Below are positions 51,901 to 64,000 of a stretch of DNA of 64,000 nt, piece by piece (position 1 is the stretch's first letter; every line of letters begins with the position of its first letter). This DNA comes from Amphiscolops sp. MND2022. Lineage: Eukaryota. A program made the translations under genes and the position numbers. The notes under the pieces are model-generated. The model was not told the origin of the DNA and ran no database searches. It saw only the letters and a list, made by a program, of their open reading frames with translations. The stretch is from the NCBI GenBank assembly GCA_964187785.1, contig OZ076409.1:75890001-75954000 (forward strand), in the 5' to 3' direction.

Positions 51901-54900
51901 GTATGTGGCGCGCCTTGGGTAGGGTCCCTTGCGCGCTTTTGGGTATGGTGTTCACCAGCTAGGAAATAGGGGTCGATTTTTCGGGATCTCCTAAACTAGC
52001 CACACGATTTGGCTGAAATTTGGCACACGTACTCCCCTCGGCACGGTGAAGATGATTTCCTACTGACGTTTTTCCCGCAAAATTTTTTTTGTTGTCCAAA
52101 ATAACGGTTTTTGGGGTAAAATTTTGAATTTTTTTTAAATTTTATCTTATATCTCGCCACGGGTTTACGCTACCGCTTCAAAACCCTGCTAAAGAAAGCT
52201 TGCAAACTGTCTCTGGAATGCGGTGTGAAATTTTCAGCACAATCGGACTCAAACTCGGGGAGATATAGCGTTTTTCCGGAGCGGGGGGGTTTCATTTTTC
52301 TAACGGTCCAGCTTATCTTTGCCATTTTTTCGAAAATGCACTCGCCTAAAGGCCTCCCCTGGCCGGTTTTATTCCCAGCAAAACCATTTGGCCCTAAATA
52401 CGGAGTTTCAGCGTTCCAGCATTCCCGGGCGAAAAGTTGTGGGACTTAGAAAAATTCAAAAATTTTCAAAAAAAATTTTTTCCGTTATTTGGGCCCCCAA
52501 AGTGGGGGAAAAGACCCCCCAACCAGTGAGGCAAGTGAATGCATGTGCAAAGCCCTTGTTTAGAGGAGAAAAATGCCGTATAGAACGTCTTTTTATCTTG
52601 GCTCAACGTTGACTTATGACGTTTTGAAGGTGATGTTTGGAGGTGTAAAGCACGAGAATAGTAAACGTTATGAGTATTTATCTGATCTGAAAGCCATTGA
52701 GATGCAATATGGTTTGCTCAAAACGTAATTCATTGCAGTTTGGCAGTCAATAATCACCCTTTGTTGTCGTTTGACATACTTTTTTGTTGTTATAATAAAA
52801 AATTTTGTGTATTTATTCATTTTTTTCTCATCAAATAACTTGAAACAGTTGAGTACATTCCATCCCCCCCTTCCGGGGGAGATGAGAATGTACTCGCGAA
52901 AAGCCCCGAACTACGGCCCTTACCTTCCCGAGCTACGCAGTATAAGGATTACATATTGGTTCCGACATTTTCATAGAGTTAAATCTTGGTAATCTGTCTG
53001 GATATGCAGAAAAATCAGCACGTGCCTTTTAATACCAAGTTGCTTACAACGACAATTATTTTATATCAACGCCCCCATATTTATCAACGCCCCCCGTCCG
53101 TGGGCATGCCGAGGCATGCCCTTCGACGACGTATACCAAGATATGTTCGAGCGCGTTAGCCTAGGTGCCGGGATTTCCATTCGATAAGGAATTCTGCGCG
53201 TGTGGGTAGGGCCCCTGGCGCGCTCCTGTGTTTTCGGTTTTCCTACTCCTAAATAGACCCCCTGAATTCCGGGATCTCCTAAACTATCCATACGATTTGG
53301 CTGAAATTTGGCACACGTACCCCCCTCGGCACGGTGAAGATGATTTCCTACTGACGTTTTTCCCGCTAAACATTTTTTGTTGACCAAAATAACGGTTTTT
53401 GGGGTAAAATTTTGAACTTTTTTTAAATTTCATCTTATATCTCGCCACGGGTACACGCTAGCGCTTCCAAACCTTGCTGACGAAAGTTTGCAAACTGTCT
53501 CAGGAATGCTGTGTGAAATTTTCAGCTCAATCGGACTTAAACTCGAGGAGATATAGCGTTTTCCCGGAGCGGGGGGGTTTCAATTTTCTAACGGTCCAGC
53601 TTATCTTTGCCATTTTTTCGAAAATGCACTCGCCTAAAGGCCTCCCCTGGCCGGTTTTATTCCCAACAAAACCATTTGGCCCTAAATACGGAGTTTCAGC
53701 GTTCCAGCATTCCCGGGCGAAAAGTTGTGGGACTTAGAAAAGTTCAAAAATTTTCAAAAAAAATTTTTTCCGTTATTTGGGCCCTCAAAGTGGGGGAAAA
53801 GACCCCCCAACCAGTAAAGCAAGTGAATGCATGTGGAAAGCCCTTGTTTAGACGAGAAAAATGCCGTCTAGAACGTCTTTTTATCTTAACTTGACATTGA
53901 CTTTTGTCGTTTTGAAGGTGACCGTTAGATACGGAAAATTGATGTTTTGAGTATTTATCCCATCTGAAAGCCATTGAGATACAACATGTTTTGCTCAAAA
54001 CGTGTTTCATTGCAGTTTCGCTGTCCATTATCACCCTTTGGTGTCTTTTCACGTAATTTTCGTTTCTATAATAACAATTTTTTTGTGTATTTGTTCATTT
54101 TATTCTCATCAAATAACTTGAAACAGTTGAGTACATTCCATCTCCCTTCCCGGGGGAGATGAGAATGTACTCGCTAAAGGTCAGGAACTACGGTCTATAT
54201 CTTCCACAACACAAATGGGATTGCAAATGGTTTCAGTTTGTCGCAGAAAACTTCTTTTTGCCCTCTGTGACTCGACAAAATGAACGTTTCTTACTTACTT
54301 TGAAACTCAGCATACCACAACTCATCTCTAACGTCAGCGCCCCCCTACTTGCATCAACGCCCACCGTCCGTGGGCATGCCGAGGCATGCCCTTCGACGAC
54401 GTATACCAAGATATACCTGGAGCGCGGTAGCCGCTAGGTGCCGGGATTTCTATTCGATAAAGTATGTGGCGCGCCTTGGGTAGGGTCCCTTGCGCGCTTT
54501 TGGGTATGGTGTTCACCAGCTAGGAAATAGGGGTCGATTTTTCGGGATCTCCTAAACTAGCCACACGATTTGGCTGAAATTTGGCACACGTACTCCCCTC
54601 GGCACGGTGAAGATGATTTCCTACTGACGTTTTTCCCGCAAAATTTTTTTTGTTGTCCAAAATAACGGTTTTTGGGGTAAAATTTTGAATTTTTTTTAAA
54701 TTTTATCTTATATCTCGCCACGGGTTTACGCTACCGCTTCAAAACCCTGCTAAAGAAAGCTTGCAAACTGTCTCTGGAATGCGGTGTGAAATTTTCAGCA
54801 CAATCGGACTCAAACTCGGGGAGATATAGCGTTTTTCCGGAGCGGGGGGGTTTCATTTTTCTAACGGTCCAGCTTATCTTTGCCATTTTTTCGAAAATGC

Positions 54901-57900
54901 ACTCGCCTAAAGGCCTCCCCTGGCCGGTTTTATTCCCAGCAAAACCATTTGGCCCTAAATACGGAGTTTCAGCGTTCCAGCATTCCCGGGCGAAAAGTTG
55001 TGGGACTTAGAAAAATTCAAAAATTTTCAAAAAAAATTTTTTCCGTTATTTGGGCCCCCAAAGTGGGGGAAAAGACCCCCCAACCAGTGAGGCAAGTGAA
55101 TGCATGTGCAAAGCCCTTGTTTAGAGGAGAAAAATGCCGTATAGAACGTCTTTTTATCTTGGCTCAACGTTGACTTATGACGTTTTGAAGGTGATGTTTG
55201 GAGGTGTAAAGCACGAGAATAGTAAACGTTATGAGTATTTATCTGATCTGAAAGCCATTGAGATGCAATATGGTTTGCTCAAAACGTAATTCATTGCAGT
55301 TTGGCAGTCAATAATCACCCTTTGTTGTCGTTTGACATACTTTTTTGTTGTTATAATAAAAAATTTTGTGTATTTATTCATTTTTTTCTCATCAAATAAC
55401 TTGAAACAGTTGAGTACATTCCATCCCCCCCTTCCGGGGGAGATGAGAATGTACTCGCGAAAAGCCCCGAACTACGGCCCTTACCTTCCCGAGCTACGCA
55501 GTATAAGGATTACATATTGGTTCCGACATTTTCATAGAGTTAAATCTTGGTAATCTGTCTGGATATGCAGAAAAATCAGCACGTGCCTTTTAATACCAAG
55601 TTGCTTACAACGACAATTATTTTATATCAACGCCCCCATATTTATCAACGCCCCCCGTCCGTGGGCATGCCGAGGCATGCCCTTCGACGACGTATACCAA
55701 GATATGTTCGAGCGCGTTAGCCTAGGTGGCCGTGTCTTTTCGACGTGCTTTTGCATCGAGGAGTGGGTAGGGCCCCGCGACGACCTAGAAGAATTGGATG
55801 CTCACCGAAACGTGCAGAATTCTACGAGATCTCATAGTTTGAGCCATACGATTTTGCTGAAATTTGGCATGTGGCCTGGAATTGGTGAGTAGGTAAAACG
55901 TGTAGGAGGTGATTTTTCCCAAATTCCACTGTGAGACGAGATATGGGCAAATAACGGTCCCAAAAATGGCAAAAATGCACTTTTTTCAAGTTTGTCAGCC
56001 CATATCTCGTTCCCAGGTGCCCGGAGCGGGACGCGTTAAGCTGATTATAAACTCTAGGGTGTTGAGGCTGTACGGGGAAGTCAGGCCCGTTCCGATCGGA
56101 CTTGTAGTCTTGGAGAAATAACGGTATTTTTGGGGAACCTTTTCTAACGGTCCAGCTTATCTTTGCCATTTTTTCGAAAATGTACTCGCCTAAAGGCCTT
56201 CCCCTGGCCAAATTTACTCCCAGCAAAACCATTTGGCCCTAAATACGGAGTTTCAGCGTTCCAGCATTCCCGGGCGAAAAGTTGTGGGACTTGGAAAATT
56301 TTCAAAAATTTTCAAAAAATTTTTTTTTCGTTTTCCGGGCCCCCAATGAAGGGGAAACGACCCCCAACCAGTATTTTGAGTGAATTCATGTGGAAAGCCC
56401 TTGTTTAGACGAGAAAAATACCGTTTAGAACATCTTTTTATCTTGACTCAACGTTGACTTATGACGTTTTGAATGTGATGTAAGGATGTAGGAGGCATGT
56501 GATAAGTTGATGTTTTGAGTCTTTATCTCATATGAAAGCGGTTGAGATGCAAGCTGTCCTGCTCAAAACGTCTTTCGTTGTAATTTTCCAGTGCACCAAT
56601 ACCCTTTGGTGTCATATAAACATACTTTTCGTCGATATATTAACAATTTTAATGTATTTATTCCCATTTTTATTATCTTATAACTCAAAACAGTTGAGTA
56701 CATTTCATCTCCCTTTCGGGGGAGATGAGAATGTACTCGCTAAAGACCTAGCGCCATGACCAAAAGTTTGAAACCCACGTTTTTTATCTTCTTACAGACT
56801 TGTTTTTGTATTTTTTCGGAATTTTTTAAAAATTAATATACTTGAAATACATTACTTGACTTTACTACTACAATCCACCTCCAACGTCAACGCCCCCCTG
56901 CTTGCATCAACGCCCACCGTCCGTGGGCATGCCGAGGCATGCCCTTCGACGACGTATGCCAAATGCCCAGTGCCACGCAGTCATTATCGCTAGGTGGCCG
57001 TGTCTTTTCGACGTGCTTTTGCATCGAGGAGTGGGTAGGGCCCCGCGACGACCTAGAAGAATTGGATGCTCACCGAAACGTGCAGAATTCTACGAGATCT
57101 CATAGTTTGAGCCATACGATTTTTCTGAAATTTGGCATGTGGCCTGGAATTGGTGAGTAGGTAAAACGTGTAGGAGGTGATTTTTCCCAAATTCCACTGT
57201 GAGACGAGATATGGGCAAATAACGGTCCCAAAAATGGCAAAAATGCACTTTTTTCAAATTTGTCAGCCCATATCTCGTTCCCAGGTGCCCGGAGCGGGAC
57301 GCCTTAAGCTGATTATAAACTCTAGGGTGTTGAGGCTGTACGGGGAAGTCAGGCCCGTTCCGATCGGACTTGTAGTCTTGGAGAAATAACGGTATTTTTG
57401 GGGAACCTTTTCTAACGGTCCAGCTTATCTTTGCCATTTTTTCGAAAATGTACTCGCCTAAAGGCCTCCCCCTGGCCGAATTTACTCCCAGCAAAACCAT
57501 TTGGCCCTAAATACGGAGTTTCAGCGTTCCAGCATTCCCGGGCGAAAAGTTGTGGGACTTGGAAAATTTTCAAAAACTTTCAAATTTTTTTTTTTTCGTT
57601 TTCCGGGCCCCCAATGAAGGGGAAACGACCCCCCAACCAGTATTTTGAGTGAATTCATGTGGAAAGCCCTTGTTTTGACGAGAAAAATACCGTTTAGAAC
57701 ATCTTTTTATCTTGACTCAACGTTGACTTATGACGTTTTGAATGTGATGTAAGGATGTAGGAGGCAAGTGATAAGTTGATGTTTTGAGTCTTTATCTCAT
57801 ATGAAAGCGGTTGAGATGCAAGCTGTCCTGCTCAAAACGTCTTTCGTTGTAATTTTCCAGTGCACCAATACCCTTTGGTGTCATATAAACATACTTTTTG

Positions 57901-60900
57901 TCGATATATTAACAATTTTAATGTATTTATTCCAATTTTTATTATCTTATAACTCAAAACAGTTGAGTACATTTCATCTCCCTTTCGGGGGAGATGAGAA
58001 TGTACTCGCTAAAGACCTAGCGCCATGGCCAAAAGTTTGAAACCCACGTTTTTTATCTTCTTACAGACTTGTTTTTGTATTTTTTCGGAATTTTTTAAAA
58101 ATTAATATACTTGAAATACATTACTTGACTTTACTACTACAACCCACCTCCAACGACAACGCCCCCCTGCTTGCATCAACGCCCACCGTCCGTGGGCATG
58201 CCGAGGCATGCCCTTCGACGACGTATGCCAAATGCCCAGTGCCACGCAGTCATTATCGCTAGGTGGCCGTGTCTTTTCGACGTGCTTTTGCATCGAGGAG
58301 TGGGTAGGGCCCCGCGACGACCTAGAAGAATTGGATGCTCACCGAAACGTGCAGAATTCTACGAGATCTCATAGTTTGAGCCATACGATTTTTCTGAAAT
58401 TTGGCATGTGGCCTGGAATTGGTGAGTAGGTAAAACGTGTAGGAGGTAATTTTTCCCAAATTCCATTGTGAGAGGAGATATGGGCAAATAACGGTCCCAA
58501 AAATGGCAAAATTGCACTTTTTTCAACTTTGTCAGCCCATATCTCGTTCCCAGGTGCCCGGAGCGGGACGCGTTAAGCTGATTATAAACTCTAGGGTGTT
58601 GAGGCGGTACGGTGAATTTGAGCCCGTTCCGATCGGACTTGTAGTCTTGGAGAAATAACGGTATTTTTGGGAATTTTTTTCTAACGGTCCAGCTTATCTT
58701 TGCCATTTTTTCGAAAATGTACTCGCCTAAAGGCCTCCCCCTGGCCGAATTTACTCCCAGCAAAACCATTTGGCCCTAAATACGGAGTTTCAGCGTTCCA
58801 GCATTCGCGGGCGAAAAGTTGTGGGACTTGGAAAAATTTCAAAAATTTTCAAATTTTTTTTTTACGTTTTCCGGGCCCCCAATGAAGGGGAAACGACCCC
58901 CCAACCCTTATTTTGAGTGAATGCATGTGGAAAGGCCATGGTTAGAGGAGAAAAATGCCGTTTAGATTGTCTTTCTATTTTAACTTGACATTGACTTATG
59001 ACGTTTTGAATGTGATGTTAGGATGTGTGAGGCATGTGAAAAGTTGATGTTTTGAGTCTTTATCTCATATGAAAGCAATTGAGATGCACGCTGTCCTGCT
59101 CAAAACGTCTTTCGTTGTAGTTTTCCAGTGCACCAGAACCCTTTGGTGTCATTTGAACATACTTTTCTTCGGTTTATTAACATTTTTAATGTATTTATTC
59201 CAATTTTTATTATCTTATAACTCAAAACAGTTGAGTACATTTCATCTCCCTTTCGGGGGAGATGAGAATGTACTCGCTAAAGACCTAGCGCCATGGCCAA
59301 AAGTTTGAAACCCACGTTTTTTATCTTCTTACAGACTTGTTTTTGTATTTTTTCGGAATTTTTTAAAAATTAATATACTTGAAATACATTACTTGACTTT
59401 ACTACTACAACCCACCTCCAACGACAACGCCCCCCTGCTTGCATCAACGCCCACCGTCCGTGGGCATGCCGAGGCATGCCCTTCGACGACGTATGCCAAA
59501 TGCCCAGTGCCACGCAGTCATTATCGCTAGGTGGCCGTGTCTTTTCGACGTGCTTTTGCATTGAGGAGTGGGTAGGGCCCCGCGACGACCTAGAAGAATT
59601 GGATGCTCACCGAAACGTGCAGAATTCTACGAGATCTCATAGTTTGAGCCATACGATTTTTCTGAAATTTGGCATGTGGCCTGGAATTGGTGAGTAGGTA
59701 AAACGTGTAGAAGGTAATTTTTCCCAAATTCCACTGTGAGAGGAGATATGGGCAAATAACGGACCCAAAAATGGCAAAAGTGCACATTTTTCAACTTTGT
59801 CAGCCAATATCTCTTTTCCAGGTGCCCGTAGCGTTCCGCACGTGGACATCAATATTGCTCAGCGCTGTTGGAGGAGTGCGTGGACAAATTTTGGTTTGAA
59901 TCGGACTTAAACTTGACGAGAAATTAACGGTTTTTTGGGCGTTTCCGGGGTAAATTTTTTAACGGTCCAGCTTATCTTTGCCATTTTTTCGAAAATGTAC
60001 ATGCCTAAAGGCCTCCCCCTGGCCGAATTTACTCCCAGCAAACCCATTTGGCCCTAAATACGGAGTTTCAGCGTTCCAGCATTCCGGGGCGGAAAGTTGT
60101 GGGACTTGGAAAAATTTCAAAATTTTTTCAAAAATTTTTTTCCCGTTTTCCGGGCCCCCAATGAAGGGGAACGACCCCCCAACCAGTATTTTGAGTGAAT
60201 TCATGTGGAACGCCCATGTTTGGAGGAGAAAAATGCCGTTTAGCACATCTTTTTATCTTAACTTGACATTGACTTATTTCGTTTTGAATGTGATGTTAGG
60301 ATATATGAAGCATGTTAAAAGTTGAAGTTTTGAGTCTTTATCTCATCGGAAAACCATTGAGATACAAGCAGTTTTGCTAAAAACGATTTTCATTGTAGGT
60401 TAGCAGAGTATTAGTACACTTTGATGTCATTTGAGTATTTTTTTCTTCTATATAATAACTGTTTTTATGTATTTATTCCAATTTATCTCATCTTTTAACA
60501 TCAAGCAGTTGAGTACATTTCATCTCCCTTTCGGGGGAGATGAGAATGTACTCGCTAAAAAACTAATGCTTTGGCGCCAATGTTTGGATGGGAAGTTTTC
60601 TATGCTTTGAAAAAAGTTATTTTTAATTACTTGATTTTTTAAAACAATAATTAACATGAAGTACATTACTTGCTCCTACTACTACCACCATACATCTCTA
60701 ACGTCAACGCCCCCTGCTTGCATCAACGCCCCATCGTCCGTGGGCATGCCGAGGCATGCCCTTCGACGACGTATGCCAAATGCCCAGTGCCACGCAGTCT
60801 TTCCCCGCTAGGTGGCCGTGTCTTTTCGACGTGCTTTTGCATTGAGGAGTGGGTAGGGCCCCGCGACGACCTAGAAGAATTGGATGCTCACCGAAACGTG

Positions 60901-63900
60901 CAGAATTCTACGAGATCTCATAGTTTGAGCCATACGATTTTTCTGAAATTTGGCATGTGGCCTGGAATTGGTGAGTAGGTAAAACGTGTAGGAGGTGATT
61001 TTTCCCAAATTCCACTGTGAGACGAGATATGGGCAAATAACGGTCCCAAAAATGGCAAAAATGCACTTTTTTCAACTTTGTCAGCCCATATCTCGTTCCC
61101 AGGTGCCCGGAGCGGGACGCGTTAAGCTGATTATAAACTCTAGGGTGTTGAGGCTGTACGGGGAAGTCAGGCCCGTTCCGATCGGACTTGTAGTCTTGGA
61201 GAAATAACGGTATTTTTGGGGAACCTTTTCTAACGGTCCAGCTTATCTTTGCCATTTTTTCGAAAATGTACTCGCCTAAAGGCCTCCCCCTGGCCGAATT
61301 TACTCCCAGCAAAACCATTTGGCCCTAAATACGGAGTTTCAGCGTTCCAGCATTCCCGGGCGAAAAGTTGTGGGACTTGGAAAATTTTCAAAAATGTTCA
61401 AAATTTTTTTTTTCGTTTTCCGGGCCCCCAATGAAGGGGAAACGACCCCCCAACCAGTATTTTGAGTGAATTCATGTGGAAAGCCCTTGTTTTGACGAGA
61501 AAAGTACCGTTTAGAACATCTTTTTATCTTGACTCAACGTTGACTTATGACGTTTTGAATGTGATGTAAGGATGTAGGAGGCATGTGATAAGTTGATGTT
61601 TTGAGTCTTTATCTCATATGAAAGCGGTTGAGATGCAAGCTGTCCTGCTCAAAACGTCTTTCGTTGTAATTTTCCAGTGCACCAATACCCTTTGGTGTCA
61701 TATAAACATACTTTTCGTCGATATATTAACAATTTTAATGTATTTATTCCAATTTTTATTATCTTTTAACTCAAAACAGTTGAGTACATTTCATCTCCCT
61801 TTCGGGGGAGATGAGAATGTACTCGCTAAAGACCTAGCGCCATGACCAAAAGTTTGAAACCCGCGTTTTTTATCTTCTTACAGACTTGTTTTTGTATTTT
61901 TTCGGAATTTTTTAAAAATTAATATACTTGAAATACATTACTTGACTTTACTACTACAATCCACCTCCAACGTCAACGCCCCCTTGCTTGCATCAACGCC
62001 CACCGTCCGTGGGCATGCCGAGGCATGCCCTTCGACGACGTATGCCAAATGCCCAGTGCCACGCAGTCATTATCGCTAGGTGCCGGGATTTCTATTCGAT
62101 AAAGTATGTGGCGCGCCTTGGGTAGGGTCCCTTGCGCGCTCTTGGGTATGGTGTTCACCAGCTAGGAAATAGGGGTCGATTTTTCGGGATCTCCTAAACT
62201 AGCCACACGATTTGGCTGAAATTTGGCACACGTACTCCCCTCGGCATGGTGAAGATGATTCCCTACTAGCGTTTTGCTCGAAAAATTTTTTTTGTTGTCC
62301 AAAATAACGGTTTTTGGGGTAAAATTTTGAATTTTTTTTAAATTTTATCTTATATCTCGCCACGGGTTTACGCTAGCGCTTCAAGACCCTGCTAAAGAAA
62401 GCTTGCAAACTGTCTCAGGAATGCGGTGTGAAATTTTCAGCTCAATCGGACTTAAACTCAGGGAGATATAGCGTTTTTCCGGAGCGGGGGGGTTTCATTT
62501 TTCTAACGGTCCAGCTTATCTTTGCCATTTTTTCGAAAATGCACTCGCCTAAAGGCCTCCCCTGGCCGGTTTTATTCCCAGCAAAACCATTTGGCCCTAA
62601 ATACGGAGTTTCAGCGTTCCAGCATTCCCGGGCGAAAAGTTGTGGGACTTAGAAAGTTTCAAAAATTTTCAAAAAAAAATTTTTCCGTTTTCCGCCCTCC
62701 CCCCCTAGGGGAAAAGACCCCCCAACCAGTAATTTGAGTGAATTCATGTGGAAAGGCCATGTTTGGAGGAGAAAAATACCGTTTAGATCGTCTTTTTATC
62801 TTGGCTCAACGTTGACTTATGACGTTTTGAAGGTGATGTTTGGAGAAGTAAAGCACGTGAAATGTAAACGTTATGAGTATTTATATGATCTTAAAGCCAT
62901 TGAGATGCAATCTGTTTTGCTCAAAACGTAATTCATATCCGTTTGGTAGTCAATCAACACCCTTTGTTGTCATTTGACATCTTTTTTTGTTGATATAAGA
63001 AAAAATTTTGTGTATTTATTCATTTTTTTCTCATCAAATAACTTGAAACAGTTGAGTACATTCCATCCCCCCTTCACGGGGGAGATGAGAATGTACTCGC
63101 AAAAAGCCCCAAACTACGGCCCTTACCTTCCTGAGCTACGCAGTATAAAGATTGCATATTGGTTCCGACATTTTGATAGAGTTATATCTTGGTAATCTGT
63201 CTGGGTATGCAGAAAAACCAGCACGTGCTTTTTTATACCAAGTTGCTCACAACGACATTTATTTTATATCAACGCCCCCATATTTATCAACGCCCCCCGT
63301 CCGTGGGCATGCCGAGGCATGCCCTTCGACGACGTATACCAAAATATGTTCGAGCGCGTTAGCCTAGGTGGCCGTGTCTTTTCGACGTGCTTTTGCATCG
63401 AGGAGTGGGTAGGGCCCCGCGACGACCTAGAAGAATTGGATGCTCACCGAAACGTGCAGAATTCTACGAGATCTCATAGTTTGAGCCATACGATTTTGCT
63501 GAAATTTGGCATGTGGCCTGGAATTGGTGAGTAGGTAAAACGTGTAGGAGGTGATTTTTCCCAAATTCCACTGTGAGACGAGATATGGGCAAATAACGGT
63601 CCCAAAAATGGCAAAAATGCACTTTTTTCAACTTTGTCAGCCCATATCTCGTTCCCAGGTGCCCGGAGCGGGACGCGTTAAGCTGATTATAAACTCTAGG
63701 GTGTTGAGGCTGTACGGGGAAGTCAGGCCCGTTCCGATCGGACTTGTAGTCTTGGAGAAATAACGGTATTTTTGGGGAACCTTTTCTAACGGTCCAGCTT
63801 ATCTTTGCCATTTTTTCGAAAATGTACTCGCCTAAAGGCCTCCCCCTGGCCGAATTTACTCCCAGCAAAACCATTTGGCCCTAAATACGGAGTTTCAGCG

Positions 63901-64000
63901 TTCCAGCATTCCCGGGCGAAAAGTTGTGGGACTTGGAAAATTTTCAAAAATTTTCAAAATTTTTTTTTTCGTTTTCCGGGCCCCCAATGAAGGGGAAACG

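Larger units (their letters stand above)
3897..64000 (+). repeat. Head-to-tail array of 46 complete + 1 partial non-autonomous Helitron-like units (~1.27-1.29 kb)
   Basis: CTAG|GTG junctions, given as the last base of CTAG: 3896, 5164, 6452, 7741, 9031, 10319, 11595, 12882, 14172, 15440, 16708, 17977, 19251, 20538, 21828, 23097, 24365, 25633, 26914, 28191, 29461, 30729, 31997, 33279, 34546, 35815, 37103, 38372, 39658, 40946, 42917, 44186, 45455, 46737, 48005, 49297, 50586, 51876, 53164, 54437, 55725, 56993, 58262, 59530, 60811, 62079, 63367. Confidence 0.95.

Noticed and set aside
3815..63330. CRISPR array (palindromic ~37-bp repeat)
   Set aside because: The intervening segments are ~1.25 kb and homologous to each other, there are no cas genes, and the context appears eukaryotic.
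3897..64000. Numerous 60-136 aa ORFs in the array
   Set aside because: They are short, overlap on both strands, often lack ATG starts, frameshift at homopolymers between copies, and have no recognisable motifs. They recur only because the DNA is repeated.
3897..64000. Bacterial integron attC cassette array
   Set aside because: No tyrosine integrase, no RYYYAAC..GTTRRRY attC pattern recognised, and the units carry no genes. The comparison is only an analogy.
3897..64000. Assembly artefact (artificially expanded repeat)
   Set aside because: Units carry distinct variants and belong to clearly different subfamilies. Exact copy number in the A runs still needs read-level confirmation.

Overview
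Eukaryotic-looking DNA made almost entirely of one mobile-element family. Positions 1-3896 are the 3' part of a putative autonomous Helitron-like (rolling-circle) element. It carries the C-terminal part of a PIF1-family SF1B helicase fused to a degenerate SLX1-like GIY-YIG domain, and a second, probably spliced, Cys-rich gene. It ends in a terminus made of CAACGCC repeats, a GGCATGCC-GA-GGCATGCC hairpin and CTAG. From 3897 to the window end lies a head-to-tail array of 46 complete units plus 1 partial unit, all non-coding. 45 units are 1267-1292 bp and one is 1971 bp. Every unit ends in the same terminus as the coding element and is joined to the next at an invariant CTAG|GTG. The units fall into about 8 subfamilies in non-periodic order, switching precisely at the junction. 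This suggests a transposon family that inserts site-specifically at its own ends and builds a cassette-like array (inference). The HUH/Rep domain that would confirm a Helitron is not in the window. The many short ORFs in the array look spurious. All comparisons were made by eye; no alignments or searches were run.
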